Source: Escherichia coli | GTDB lineage: Bacteria > Pseudomonadota > Gammaproteobacteria > Enterobacterales > Enterobacteriaceae | Direction: 5' to 3' (one strand) | DNA length: 64,000 bases | NCBI GenBank assembly: GCA_020819635.1 | Contig: GCA_020819635.1_4533.1 | Part shown: positions 38,871 to 48,403 of the stretch, piece after piece | How the letters are laid out: each line of letters begins with the position of its first letter | Numbering within the stretch: position 1 is the first letter of the stretch | Notes under the pieces: generated by a model | Database searches by the model: none | Seen by the model: the letters and a program-made list of their open reading frames with translations, nothing else | Told to the model about the DNA's origin: nothing | Translations under genes and position numbers: made by a program

Positions 38871-39155
38871 TTAGTGAGTATCACGCCATTCGGCAATCTC
38901 TTCGGCTAAACGATCACAAGAATCGAAAGCCACTTTACCTTTAGTCTGATTTTCATATCGTACTTCCTTCAATGCGAGTAATGCATTCACCAGATTATCA
39001 ACACCTTGATCATCCAGTGCAATAACATCAAAGTTAAACCCTGTATCAGTTGGGACTTTACGTTTTATGGTGTAATAGTCTCCTTCATGACGTTCAACAT
39101 CCGCGTATGGGTAACTGCTGTTTGGATCATGTTTTACGCGAATAGATGTTTTCAT
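38871..39155 (-). CDS. hypothetical protein
   Basis: 94-aa ORF. Confidence 0.45.
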   Translation of the reverse strand: MKTSIRVKHDPNSSYPYADVERHEGDYYTIKRKVPTDTGFNFDVIALDDQGVDNLVNALLALKEVRYENQTKGKVAFDSCDRLAEEIAEWRDTH

Positions 39156-39170
39156 GTTTTGTTCTCCTCT

Positions 39171-39404
39171 TTAATCAAACCAGTTGTATTCGGAAGGGTA
39201 ACGAGCGTAGTTTGGCTTATACCCCAGCCTTTTCATCTTAACAGACATACGAGTGAAGCCAAAGGTTGTTTTGCCCTTAGACATAAACTTCTTCCCACTC
39301 TTCATTGGCTTCTTAGGGTCTTTGATCGTCTGGTGTAACGCTCGCGCAAGCCACAAAGTGTATGCACTCGGCACTTGATTAACTTTCATCTTATTACCTT
39401 TCAT
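39171..39404 (-). CDS. small basic protein
   Basis: start set at MKGNKMKV after AAGGAGG RBS; K/R-rich. Confidence 0.45.
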   Translation of the reverse strand: MKGNKMKVNQVPSAYTLWLARALHQTIKDPKKPMKSGKKFMSKGKTTFGFTRMSVKMKRLGYKPNYARYPSEYNWFD

Positions 39405-39414
39405 CGAAACCTCC

Positions 39415-39642
39415 TTAGTGAACTTCGTGCCAAGTGCCAAACTCTTCTGCTGATACTTTAGGAACGGCATGAGTTTCTCGATATTTGTTTAAAGCTTTCT
39501 CAATGGCTGTAGCAAAAACATCTTGTGATTTATAAGGCATATAATAAGAGCGTCCCATGTATGCCACTGCATCACGTAATTCTTCTGCTTGCTCTTGTGT
39601 AACTGTCAATGTGATAGTAACCATTATTTCACCTCCGACCAA
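39415..39642 (-). CDS. hypothetical protein
   Basis: 75-aa ORF. Confidence 0.4.
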   Translation of the reverse strand: MVGGEIMVTITLTVTQEQAEELRDAVAYMGRSYYMPYKSQDVFATAIEKALNKYRETHAVPKVSAEEFGTWHEVH

Positions 39643-39923
39643 TCAATAGTGATCCACTCGTATGCCCCGTTCAGATCCATTTCTTTATAAACAATAAGCC
39701 CACGCTCACGAAGAATTGCTACTGCTTCATCCATCCACTTCACCTGATTGTAGATCTCCCCTGGGTGGGTAGGGGAATTATCCAGACCAAAATCAGATGG
39801 CGTGAAATTTCTTGAAGAGTTTCCCGCTCGTGCTTCAGCAAAACATGTCTCGATCACTTCTTCAACAGGGAAGTTGAAGGAAGCTTCTTTTGCAATACGG
39901 CGTAACTGTTCGGTCAGATTCAT
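39624..39923 (-). CDS. hypothetical protein
   Basis: 99-aa ORF. Confidence 0.45.
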   Translation of the reverse strand: MNLTEQLRRIAKEASFNFPVEEVIETCFAEARAGNSSRNFTPSDFGLDNSPTHPGEIYNQVKWMDEAVAILRERGLIVYKEMDLNGAYEWITIDWSEVK

Positions 39924-39950
39924 CTTATTCTCCTTTCGTTGTGCGAAACA

Positions 39951-40388
39951 TTATAACAGATCTAATGCTTTCAACTCTTCTTTTAATGATTCAGGCAGGT
40001 CACATTCAATGTCAATCAGAGATAACAAGTGACCAACAATGCCTTCCAGATGTTGATACTCACTATAACTTATAAATTCAGAATTGTAAACAGAAACATC
40101 CTTAGTTTCTTTCACAACTTCCCCCGCAGACACGCACATAAAAAAGTTACGCTCTCCGCGAGCTAACAATATCTCCCAACTCCTGAACGGATACTGTCCA
40201 GCTTCAATAATATCCCCGCTGTCCAATAAAGTCAATGAGCAAACAGACCCTGATTCACTAACATCTTCGACGCGGAAACAAGACCCTTCAATCAAAGCTG
40301 CCATTTTGAAATTTTCATCAGAGATCATAGAGAAAGCTTCACAGGCAGCTTTACTTTTGAAACAGTAAACAGCATTAACTTTAAACAT
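39951..40388 (-). CDS. hypothetical protein
   Basis: 145-aa ORF. Confidence 0.5.
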   Translation of the reverse strand: MFKVNAVYCFKSKAACEAFSMISDENFKMAALIEGSCFRVEDVSESGSVCSLTLLDSGDIIEAGQYPFRSWEILLARGERNFFMCVSAGEVVKETKDVSVYNSEFISYSEYQHLEGIVGHLLSLIDIECDLPESLKEELKALDLL

Positions 40389-40400
40389 AACATTCCCCTT

Positions 40401-40859
40401 TTAAACAAAAGATACACCGATGGTAGCAACAACCATACGTTTATAAACTTCAACCTCTTCTGTAGGATTAGCCATTTTATGCTCTGCTGCTTCTTTCAAA
40501 GCTTCTTCATAACTTTGAGATCCAGAGATACAGGTGTCACCAGTCATTACAACATACCACTCTTCTTTTGTTGTATCAATAGGTTCTTCTTGGGGTTTTC
40601 CACGACCACCACGAACACCACCGTCAACAAAATAATCTATATGAGCAGAATTGATTACGTAACGATCCCCATCACCAGCAGTGATAATACCGTCTCTCAT
40701 ACCTATTACAACCATTGACAAGATATTACCATTTGCATCAGTGCTCAACACCTCGAAAAAATTCTCTCCAATGATAGCAGCAATACTGTTATCAAAGGTA
40801 GAATATAGTCGCATATAATCTTCATCCTGGAAACGGTAGACATGACCTTCTTTAAACAT
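40401..40859 (-). CDS. hypothetical protein
   Basis: start set at MFKEGHV after AAGGAG RBS. Confidence 0.5.
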   Translation of the reverse strand: MFKEGHVYRFQDEDYMRLYSTFDNSIAAIIGENFFEVLSTDANGNILSMVVIGMRDGIITAGDGDRYVINSAHIDYFVDGGVRGGRGKPQEEPIDTTKEEWYVVMTGDTCISGSQSYEEALKEAAEHKMANPTEEVEVYKRMVVATIGVSFV

Positions 40860-41046
40860 GATGTGCTCCTTCTTGTTCAAGAGTAAAAGGAATGATTTCA
40901 CCGTAGCTGTATCGCATAGCATCAACTTCTGCTTCTGCACGTTGTGCTAATTCCAGTGTTGCACAGATTTTATATGGAGTTGTTGTGCACTGACTCCAAC
41001 CTGGGGTGTTCTTAGTCACTAAATATACAGTAGTTCCTTTATTCAT
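40852..41046 (-). CDS. hypothetical protein
   Basis: 64-aa ORF. Confidence 0.4.
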   Translation of the reverse strand: MNKGTTVYLVTKNTPGWSQCTTTPYKICATLELAQRAEAEVDAMRYSYGEIIPFTLEQEGAHHV

Positions 41047-41500
41047 AACTTTCTCCTCCTAGTTCATCATACCATTTCAAAGCGTCTTTTGGAAGCATAC
41101 CAAAATCTTCTTTTAGTTCTTTTTCAATCTCTTCTTTCAGTTCATTCAACACTTGTAGTTGGCGTATTTTCTTCCGTAACAAAGCTTCCTGCTCACTGTT
41201 GTTTGGCGTTACTTCGTTTGCTGTTACCATTACATATCCTGTCGGAGAGCAAGGAAGATAATCATCAATATTTTCTAAAGCATAACGATAATTGGAGTCC
41301 AGGAAGTTTACATGCACTCGATCACATCCAAACAACGTGGCACGAAATACTTCATAACGAGTTTCAGATAAGATATGTTGCACACAGACAATACCTACAT
41401 CGTTTTGCACTGCACAGGTTACATTCAACAAACTTGAGTGTTCTTTGACATAATCTACAACACATTGCACATGCGCTTCTAGTATAGATAGTTGTCTCAT
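41039..41500 (-). CDS. hypothetical protein
   Basis: 153-aa ORF. Confidence 0.5.
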   Translation of the reverse strand: MRQLSILEAHVQCVVDYVKEHSSLLNVTCAVQNDVGIVCVQHILSETRYEVFRATLFGCDRVHVNFLDSNYRYALENIDDYLPCSPTGYVMVTANEVTPNNSEQEALLRKKIRQLQVLNELKEEIEKELKEDFGMLPKDALKWYDELGGESYE

Positions 41501-41736
41501 TTTCTACCTCCCCATAATGCTAACATTTTATTGAAAATGGAAACGCGTCGTGCGCGAGATGCTAATGTTATATTATCTTCCTCGGCACGTTGCAAGTAGC
41601 GATCACACTTAATCAAAGCTTGCGTCTTCTCTTTTAAAGTTTGCGTGTTCATCCACTCTGTCTCAGAGTAGTGATTGTAGAAGTATTCTGTATCCAGAAC
41701 ATTCATAGCTATCTCATTATCTACTGGAAGGATCAT
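41497..41736 (-). CDS. hypothetical protein
   Basis: 79-aa ORF. Confidence 0.4.
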   Translation of the reverse strand: MILPVDNEIAMNVLDTEYFYNHYSETEWMNTQTLKEKTQALIKCDRYLQRAEEDNITLASRARRVSIFNKMLALWGGRK

Positions 41737-41954
41737 TGTACCTGCTCCGCATCCTTCAAGTTTTTAATGAAGTAACGACCAACCGGATTCCCTCGGAAGT
41801 ATTCGTTAATGAAATCGATAACACACGTTTCACTGCCTGTCACAACGGACGGCTTAAAGTTTTGGAATTCTACAGCTACACGGCTGGCTTTAGCCAGTGC
41901 TTGCACACGTGTAGGATTAGTCAAGAACATTGTGACAGTTTTCAAATTCTTCAT
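41733..41954 (-). CDS. hypothetical protein
   Basis: 73-aa ORF. Confidence 0.4.
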   Translation of the reverse strand: MKNLKTVTMFLTNPTRVQALAKASRVAVEFQNFKPSVVTGSETCVIDFINEYFRGNPVGRYFIKNLKDAEQVQ

Positions 41955-42003
41955 TTCATCTCCTCATTGGCTATCTGTTATGTCATCCATTATACAAACA
42001 TCT

Positions 42004-42372
42004 TTATTCAATGCAAGCATTATTTGCATCTTCAATGCGATCTTTCACCCACTGAATACGTAACTCGTTGGTATGACACGCCAAGTTTATACACTCTGAA
42101 AGGTAATCCATGCAATCTGCATTGAACGGAAGATTGTAGTCCAGCCCTGCACATGTAAATTGTTTCCTCATTTCATATTTCAAACGGTCTAACAAATGAT
42201 CACGCCATCTTCTATCTTCTTCTCTAGTTGTCTCACCAACAAAATCATCTATATAGTCTACCAGACAACCACATAAGCCACTCGTTGTGCGATTCATTGC
42301 AGGATAGTTGGCAATCCATGCTTTATAGAAGCGAAGCAATGTTGCACTGCTCAACGGAATACTATTTGTCAT
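42004..42372 (-). CDS. paralog-family protein, member 2 (unknown function)
   Basis: FYKAWIANYP...GLCGCL...LPFN...CHTNELRIQWVKDRI. Confidence 0.55.
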   Translation of the reverse strand: MTNSIPLSSATLLRFYKAWIANYPAMNRTTSGLCGCLVDYIDDFVGETTREEDRRWRDHLLDRLKYEMRKQFTCAGLDYNLPFNADCMDYLSECINLACHTNELRIQWVKDRIEDANNACIE

Positions 42373-42706
42373 TTTTCTCTCCTTCGTAATCTTGAATTCT
42401 ATCTAGCACCCATTGTATACGATGTTTATTTTTATGGCAAATATGTTTTTTATGTTCGAAGGTGTATTCCTCATAACCACCTTCATTAAACGGGAAATTG
42501 TAATCCAATCCTGCACTAATAAACTGTGATTTCATCTCCTGTTGTAGACGAGGTAACAGTTCATCAGGATATGTTCCCTCTACATACTTAATCAAACATA
42601 TGCACAAACCACTCGTTGTGTGACCTTCTACCTCACCAGCAAGCCAAGCTTTGTAAAACTTCATTAGACGTAAACTACTCAACGGAACATTTTTACTCTT
42701 TTGCAT
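42362..42706 (-). CDS. paralog-family protein, member 1 (unknown function)
   Basis: FYKAWLAGEV...GLCICL...FPFN...CHKNKHRIQWVLDRI. Confidence 0.55.
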   Translation of the reverse strand: MQKSKNVPLSSLRLMKFYKAWLAGEVEGHTTSGLCICLIKYVEGTYPDELLPRLQQEMKSQFISAGLDYNFPFNEGGYEEYTFEHKKHICHKNKHRIQWVLDRIQDYEGEKNDK

Positions 42707-44250
42707 GACAATCTCCTCTCATCGTTAGCCATCTTTCATGGCAATCATCAATCACCAACATCATACGATCAATCTTAGGGAATTACAATCGAATTATCAT
42801 AGGGGATTCCTATCAATTATCCCATATATACCGATTATTTTTGACACCCCACTCTTGTATAAAAAGTAACCCAAAATATCTACGGGGAGAGATTATTTCG
42901 ACACACCCTGTTTCATGGCAATCGTGGCAAGAATATCTAATAGAATCAATATCATATGGCAATAATCATGGCGTATACGTAAGAAGTGCTTAACGCGAAT
43001 TTTCGGGCCGTCAGGTCCACGCAGCGACAATTCCCAAATATCATGAGAATGAGAATAATTATCATTCGTATTCAATGACTTATGCAAGGCTCATGCCAAC
43101 ATAGCGACAAGGTGGGCCACTTGATTATAAATCACACAAACACTTATTTATCAATGGTTTGGCAACTTCATCATATGACGGAACAATGTCAACCGATCCT
43201 GCTCATGACAAGCAGACTATTATTTATATGAGAATGATTATTATTTAAACGTTTATTAACATAAAAGCCAAAATAAATCAAGAATTTTCTGATTTTATTT
43301 ACGTTTAAGAGAACGTGCTCAACATATCGCTACGCGATAGTATTCGCCCCCAAAAGATTAGCCTTTATTTTCTTATATGTTTATACACTATGTGCACACT
43401 ATGCAACCTGTCGCTATTCGCTCATGTTGCTACGTGCAATTATTCATCTTGCTAATGATTTCATCTTGTAATTACCACAATGATTATTGTTATTGCGCTA
43501 ATGTTATGATCTTGGTAATTACATATAATGCTAATAATAAGCCAGCGCAATAAGTGTAAGCGTCATTACGCTTGCAATTATTGCAAGCTACGCAGTAACA
43601 AGAAATAACCGTCACCGATGGTTATGATTGTTGGGGTGTAGTTGGCTTATTATTAGCTCGCTATGTGTCCGGCATAGCGTGCTAATGATGACTCTATGAA
43701 TGATTCGTTTTGTAATGATTTCATTCAGGCACTATTATGGCAATAGTTATTATTTTAATGGTTTCGTTTGTTATTGTTCGTTAGTTGGTTGTTTTGTCGT
43801 GTTATCGTTATCCTGCTTAGTATTCATCATGGTTTGATTGTTTGTCGTTATCAATCATCTTGCTACTATTCCTTTGATTATGATTAGTTTGCTTATTGTT
43901 TTACGTTGTTTGTTGGTTAGTTGTTGCGAACTATTATCAACATTATAGTTATGCGCTTATATTGCATAGATAATCATGGATAGATGATAATGGTTATCAT
44001 TGCACTAGAAAGGAGGTAAAAGGGTGTTTTTGATGGTTTGTTGTTGGTTGTTGATCGATTTTAACCGCTCTAAATAGCTCTCTAACAGTTTGTTACCCTG
44101 GGAGGTATGGTTATTCGTTTAATGGTTGATTAGCTCGATACCGCGATTTATTCAGTTTTGTTCTGTGTCGGTTTTTCATAGGCGAAAGCTATCAACATTA
44201 TTCGGGCAAAAAGAAAGGGCGCTTGATGCGCCCCCTTATTTTGTTGTCGA
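42707..44250. other. non-coding AT-rich island with short palindromes and strand-skewed GT-rich tract
   Basis: no ORF of 60 aa or more over about 1.2 kb; palindromes TTGCAATTATTGCAA, CGCTATG...CATAGCG; three copies of the AGAAT(C/G)A..TCAT motif also found at 55.7 kb. Confidence 0.5.
44214..44245 (-). terminator. intrinsic terminator
   Basis: minus strand GGGCGC-atcaa-GCGCCC followed by TTTCTTTTT. Confidence 0.55.
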
Positions 44251-44670
44251 TTATAACGCTTCATAGATTGAGTAGATCCGGTTTGCCAGGTCATTACGAA
44301 AGCGGAATTTTTCATCACGTTTGATCATCAGATCCTTAAAACCGCATTCTTTCAAGGCTTCATTAACTTTATGGCGGCAAACGTTCATATTATCCTGCGC
44401 GTCACCAATAAACTTATTGCTGTGATGCATTGCTTTGATCTCTTCCTCTAATACCAGGGCAACTACACGGACCGGATCAAGCTGATATGCGGTAACATCC
44501 ATGCGGCATTGTAAACGGCTTTTAACATCGTTTACCGGATATACTGCAACCTCTTCCCCGTCAACGTTCACGATAACCAATTTACCATCGATTTCGAAGC
44601 CTTTGGCGGCGCTACCGTGACAAAAAGCGTTATCGAAGGAGTAAGCTGGATTATTTGATTTAATGTTCAT
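44251..44670 (-). CDS. hypothetical protein
   Basis: 139-aa ORF. Confidence 0.5.
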   Translation of the reverse strand: MNIKSNNPAYSFDNAFCHGSAAKGFEIDGKLVIVNVDGEEVAVYPVNDVKSRLQCRMDVTAYQLDPVRVVALVLEEEIKAMHHSNKFIGDAQDNMNVCRHKVNEALKECGFKDLMIKRDEKFRFRNDLANRIYSIYEAL

Positions 44671-44781
44671 GGTGTTGTCCTTTGTTTCGTTTCGTTGTTT
44701 GCTGCCAGTGAGTTAAATATAATATAACGCCGATCCCCTGTCAATAGGGGATAGCGCATTATTTACATTTCTTTACGTTAA

Positions 44782-44810
44782 AGGGCGCTTAGTGCGCCCC
44801 CTTGTATAAT
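44782..44810 (-). terminator. intrinsic terminator
   Basis: GGGCGC-actaa-GCGCCC hairpin with flanking T-run. Confidence 0.5.
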
Positions 44811-44811
44811 C

Positions 44812-45180
44812 TTACTTTGTGCGGTTGTGAACGTTATCGCGTTCAACCATCAGGGCAAGGCGGATCAGTTGATCAGTTGTATCGCGTAAATTGTCGGGCC
44901 ATGTTTTACTGTTCCAGCTATCCAGGTTTGATTGTATATAGGTTTCAATGGCTTGATCCATATTATCAAACAAGTTTTCCTCCAGGCTCTCGGCTGTTTC
45001 ACACTGGAAAGCATTAGCGACACTATTAATCAATAAGCAAGCCAGTAAATCAGCATTGCGCCAATTTTTACGGATAGTTTCATCTGTCAGATAACCGATC
45101 AGATTAACCTTTGCGCCAGTGGTAGACGTTGCGATCACTTCTTGCGCTTTTTCAACTGCTTTAATTGCTGATTTGCTCAT
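44812..45180 (-). CDS. hypothetical protein
   Basis: start set at MSKSAIK after AAGAGGAAAA RBS; ORF-table N-terminus translates the promoter cassette. Confidence 0.5.
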   Translation of the reverse strand: MSKSAIKAVEKAQEVIATSTTGAKVNLIGYLTDETIRKNWRNADLLACLLINSVANAFQCETAESLEENLFDNMDQAIETYIQSNLDSWNSKTWPDNLRDTTDQLIRLALMVERDNVHNRTK

Positions 45181-45197
45181 CTTCTTTTCCTCTTTGT

Positions 45198-45258
45198 GGG
45201 CTTGCTGTATTGCTCGCCCTACGTGATAAATAATAATGTAAGCGTGATCCGGTGTCAA
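45198..45258 (-). promoter_or_regulatory. promoter plus stem-loop cassette (PeSL-like), degenerate copy
   Basis: minus strand TTGACA, 17-nt spacer, TATTAT, then GGGCGAGC...GCAAGCCC. Confidence 0.5.
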
Positions 45259-45564
45259 TAGGTAGAATTGTAAAGATTTGATAGTTTGTTCCTTTGATGT
45301 TTTGTTGTTTGATAGGCGTTAGTTATCAATATATAGCGGGGTCGTCCGGTGATTATCTTCCCCTGTTTCCAGGTGCCGCCCGTTCAATAAGTATAACAAA
45401 AAACAGGACAAAAACAAGCCCTGTTTATTTATCTTAAAACCAGTTGCCAACCGTTTCCAATAGGTCACTGACTACCAGGACAACATTGATCAGCACATGT
45501 TCAACCATGAAGGGGATAAGCGCCAGCGTTGCTACTACGATCCCCATTGTGATGATTACCTTTC

Positions 45565-45855
45565 TCATTGTTGGCGGTTTACGTAAGCTTTACCGTTTAC
45601 GGTCATCGGCATGGCCTCAAGGTCTGGATCTTCCTTAAGGTCGCGTGAAAGCTCACCGCAGCGGATACCCTCGAATCCGTAGTACTCTGTTGTGCCGTCC
45701 TGGAAAGTTTTAGCGGCAAGGCATAGGCGATAATTAACACCGATCCGGTTTACCGCGTTGATATCGGTTAACGTGATGGATTCAGGCAACTCCTTAGCTA
45801 TTACAGGCGCGTTAATACCAACAACCAGGGCAACTACTGCGATCATCTTTTTCAT
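45565..45855 (-). CDS. secreted protein with signal peptide
   Basis: MKKMIAVVALVVGINAPVIA. Confidence 0.5.
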   Translation of the reverse strand: MKKMIAVVALVVGINAPVIAKELPESITLTDINAVNRIGVNYRLCLAAKTFQDGTTEYYGFEGIRCGELSRDLKEDPDLEAMPMTVNGKAYVNRQQ

Positions 45856-45885
45856 GCTTTCTAGCCTCTTCCTATTGCGTTTAAT

Positions 45886-45903
45886 GGGGCGTTACCGCCC
45901 CGC
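45886..45903 (-). promoter_or_regulatory. 5'-UTR stem-loop (hairpin-only copy)
   Basis: GGGGCG-ttac-CGCCCC between genes, no clear -35. Confidence 0.4.
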
Positions 45904-45910
45904 TTATGGT

Positions 45911-46147
45911 TTATTGATTGATGTTATAATGAAAGTTATTTTCTTCAATTGCTTTTAAAATAAAAGCTGTGATCGCTTTCGTGTCTACTTGTTCGAACGT
46001 ATCAGAATAGCACCAATAATGATCATCCCCTACTTTCGGCGGGTAAACCTGGACAAGGAGATCGCCACCTGGTTGATCTATAATCTCAACATGTAAGCCG
46101 GATGATTCAGCGGTTTTAACGGCGGTTAATACTGTTGCAACACTCAT
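45911..46147 (-). CDS. hypothetical protein
   Basis: 78-aa ORF. Confidence 0.45.
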   Translation of the reverse strand: MSVATVLTAVKTAESSGLHVEIIDQPGGDLLVQVYPPKVGDDHYWCYSDTFEQVDTKAITAFILKAIEENNFHYNINQ

Positions 46148-46166
46148 AATCTTTTCCTTTCTGATG

Positions 46167-46184
46167 TGGGGGCGTTGCCGCCCC
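46167..46184 (-). promoter_or_regulatory. 5'-UTR stem-loop (hairpin-only copy)
   Basis: GGGGCG-ttg-CCGCCCC. Confidence 0.4.
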
Positions 46185-46192
46185 TTTGTTGA

Positions 46193-46492
46193 TTAGATCG
46201 CTGTTTCCAGTAGTTCGGCTAACGTCTTACCGCCTGATAGTTGGTCTAACGTTTGCTGTTCCGGCAAGAAATTAGCTGATATTAATCCGACTTGATTCCC
46301 TTTGTGCCAATTAGCTTGACGGATGATTCCATCCTTTAAGGATTTTACCGCCATTGTGCAACCGTCGCCAAATGATTCATTTTTATGATCCATCACTTCA
46401 TAAGCGCCCAGCTTGCTGCTGTTAGGTACCATTAACGCGAATACATCACCAACAACCAGTTTTTCTACGGTAACAATAGCGATAGTTTCCAT
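46193..46492 (-). CDS. hypothetical protein
   Basis: 99-aa ORF. Confidence 0.5.
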   Translation of the reverse strand: METIAIVTVEKLVVGDVFALMVPNSSKLGAYEVMDHKNESFGDGCTMAVKSLKDGIIRQANWHKGNQVGLISANFLPEQQTLDQLSGGKTLAELLETAI

Positions 46493-46510
46493 TTTATTTT
46501 CCTCATTATC

Positions 46511-46567
46511 GGCGGCACCATTGCCGCCCTACGTGGTAAATATTATCACACTGGCGATCCGTGTCAA
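46511..46567 (-). promoter_or_regulatory. promoter plus stem-loop cassette (PeSL-like)
   Basis: minus strand TTGACA, 16-nt spacer, TAATAT, then GGCGGCA-ATGG-TGCCGCC. Confidence 0.6.
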
Positions 46568-46573
46568 TACTTT

Positions 46574-46960
46574 TTATTCAATATAAATCAAATTATCTTC
46601 ACCAATGTAAGCCGACACGTTCGGCATAAACTTAGCTGCATTGGTTAAGCGGTTGGCTGTGTTAGTGGTGTATATTTCAGGGCGATCCCAAAATCCTACG
46701 CCGTGACCGTTACGGGTAAAATGTAAATCATTCCCGATTTGGTTGGCTGTAGCGCCGTCGCTCATTGCCTCAGAGATAGCGGCAAGATTAGCATTAATAA
46801 AGGCTGTTACATCCTGGGCGATCCGTTGATGGGCTTGATCTGAAAAATCATAATCAGTCATGTCATCTATAAAATTACCTTTGTGATCCCTGGCTGATTC
46901 AGCAAAAATAAAGGCTTCTTTGTAGCCGTTGATGATTTCAATAATGATTTCTGTTTTCAT
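46574..46960 (-). CDS. hypothetical protein
   Basis: 128-aa ORF. Confidence 0.5.
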   Translation of the reverse strand: MKTEIIIEIINGYKEAFIFAESARDHKGNFIDDMTDYDFSDQAHQRIAQDVTAFINANLAAISEAMSDGATANQIGNDLHFTRNGHGVGFWDRPEIYTTNTANRLTNAAKFMPNVSAYIGEDNLIYIE

Positions 46961-47181
46961 GCTGTACGCTCGACAATAATAATAGTTTGCGGGATCTCGT
47001 TTTCTACTACTAACAAGGCTTTTTTCTGCGTAATAGATATTTTAACACGTTGTAACGTGGCGGTAAAGTCTTTCATCTCATTATGCGCGGATTTAGTGCA
47101 ATGCCATATTTCAGGTTTACCAATTTGCAAGCCGCGTAAAAATTCTGTTTTACCTGTCTTATTCGTGATCATTTGATTCAC
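46957..47181 (-). CDS. hypothetical protein
   Basis: 74-aa ORF. Confidence 0.4.
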   Translation of the reverse strand: MNQMITNKTGKTEFLRGLQIGKPEIWHCTKSAHNEMKDFTATLQRVKISITQKKALLVVENEIPQTIIIVERTA

Positions 47182-47307
47182 CTTAACCGATACCGTGGGA
47201 AGATAGGATCATGTTAGCCATAGTTGCAACCACTCCAACCGATAACGCCAGGCCCACTATTACAACCGTGAAAATTTTCTCTAACATGATTCTACCCTCA
47301 TTAATGG

Positions 47308-47350
47308 GCGTTGCCTTATTGCCCCGCCCTATTGACGGCGGGGAATACTC
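47308..47350 (-). promoter_or_regulatory. tandem GC-rich stem-loops (hairpin-only copy)
   Basis: GGGCG...CCGCCC and GGCGGGG...CCCCGCC; coordinates approximate. Confidence 0.35.
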
Positions 47351-47365
47351 CCCCCGCCTCATTAA

Positions 47366-47572
47366 TTATTCTTCATCGTCGCCGTTATAGTATTCAATGC
47401 CGTTTTCATCGGTTACAGTGATGTTAACGCCACCGATAGCAACACGATCACGGGCAAACGTCATAGCTTCATTTAAATCTTCAGACCAAAAAATATTGTG
47501 ACCTTTGCGCGATACATAAAACATAGTCGGGATCATGATTTGTTTCTCTTCTGTTGTGAGCGGCTGGACCAT
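47366..47572 (-). CDS. hypothetical protein
   Basis: 68-aa ORF; start uncertain (ATG lies inside the cassette hairpin). Confidence 0.4.
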   Translation of the reverse strand: MVQPLTTEEKQIMIPTMFYVSRKGHNIFWSEDLNEAMTFARDRVAIGGVNITVTDENGIEYYNGDDEE

Positions 47573-47622
47573 TCCGCCGCTCTATGTAATAAACTTTACT
47601 ACGTTGTTTGCCTACTGTCAAA
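47559..47622 (-). promoter_or_regulatory. promoter plus stem-loop cassette (PeSL-like)
   Basis: TTGACA, 17-nt spacer, TAAAGT, then GAGCGGC...GCCGCTC. Confidence 0.5.
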
Positions 47623-47907
47623 TTATTTTTTAATGTTTTGCCCTACAAAATTGATCACTTCCTTAAGCTGTCTCTCTGTCATGATCGTACCTGGTAATTC
47701 TTCTTTTATTTCTTCCGGTAAATAGATATTACCGCGCCAGGTTAACAAACAACCGTTTTGATCTTCGCAGATAGAATAAGAAAACATCCATTCGCAATCA
47801 TTTTCAAGCTCCCAAAAACACAAAAAGTCTTCTTTCCCTAAGTTTTCAACGGTTAAACATAATCCGCGACGTGCTGCATAATTAGTTAGGCTTTTTGTGA
47901 TTTTCAT
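47623..47907 (-). CDS. hypothetical protein
   Basis: start set at MKITKSL; ORF-table extension translates the hairpin. Confidence 0.45.
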   Translation of the reverse strand: MKITKSLTNYAARRGLCLTVENLGKEDFLCFWELENDCEWMFSYSICEDQNGCLLTWRGNIYLPEEIKEELPGTIMTERQLKEVINFVGQNIKK

Positions 47908-47928
47908 GATTTTTCTCTCTTCTTGTGA

Positions 47929-47985
47929 GCGGCACCATTGCCGCCCTACAAGATACATATTACCAGACTACGCGGACTTGTCAAA
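47929..47985 (-). promoter_or_regulatory. promoter plus stem-loop cassette (PeSL-like)
   Basis: TTGACA, 16-nt spacer, TAATAT, then GCGGCA-ATGG-TGCCGC. Confidence 0.6.
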
Positions 47986-48105
47986 CTATTTTTTCTTTTT
48001 CTTTGCTTCCAACCGTCTAAGGTTACGGCTTGACTTATTGCGCAAGGCGCTTAGATCATCATACCCTTTCCAGGCTTGCATGTCTTTCGGATTCATGTTA
48101 TCCCC

Positions 48106-48384
48106 TTAACGGTTGTAAATATTGTGGATAGTGATAAAGGCGCTACGGTCATAAGCTGCCAAATCAGGATTGATCCAAGTGTTATCTAACAGTGTTTCAA
48201 GGATAATCGAATCATCATGAATAGCATCATAAAAATCGGGGCTAACAATAGTGTCAATATCATTTTCCGTTAATTCTGCATTCAGCTTGCAAACCGCTTG
48301 CAAATCTGCTTCACGCTTCCAATCTTGCAGATTAGTAGTCAGCACTTGTTCGATTTCTTCGGTGGATAATTTGGTGATGGTCAT
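48106..48384 (-). CDS. hypothetical protein
   Basis: 92-aa ORF. Confidence 0.5.
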   Translation of the reverse strand: MTITKLSTEEIEQVLTTNLQDWKREADLQAVCKLNAELTENDIDTIVSPDFYDAIHDDSIILETLLDNTWINPDLAAYDRSAFITIHNIYNR

Positions 48385-48403
48385 GATTCTATCTCTCTGT
48401 TAG

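Noticed and set aside
42893-43087. 64-aa minus-strand ORF in the first non-coding island
   Set aside because: No ribosome-binding site, odd composition, and it lies within repeat and palindrome-rich sequence; probably not coding.
42707-44250. tRNA genes in the non-coding islands (also checked 55100-56270)
   Set aside because: No GTTCRA(N)TC T-loop motifs or acceptor-stem pairings were found by eye; a tRNAscan-type search is still needed to rule them out formally.
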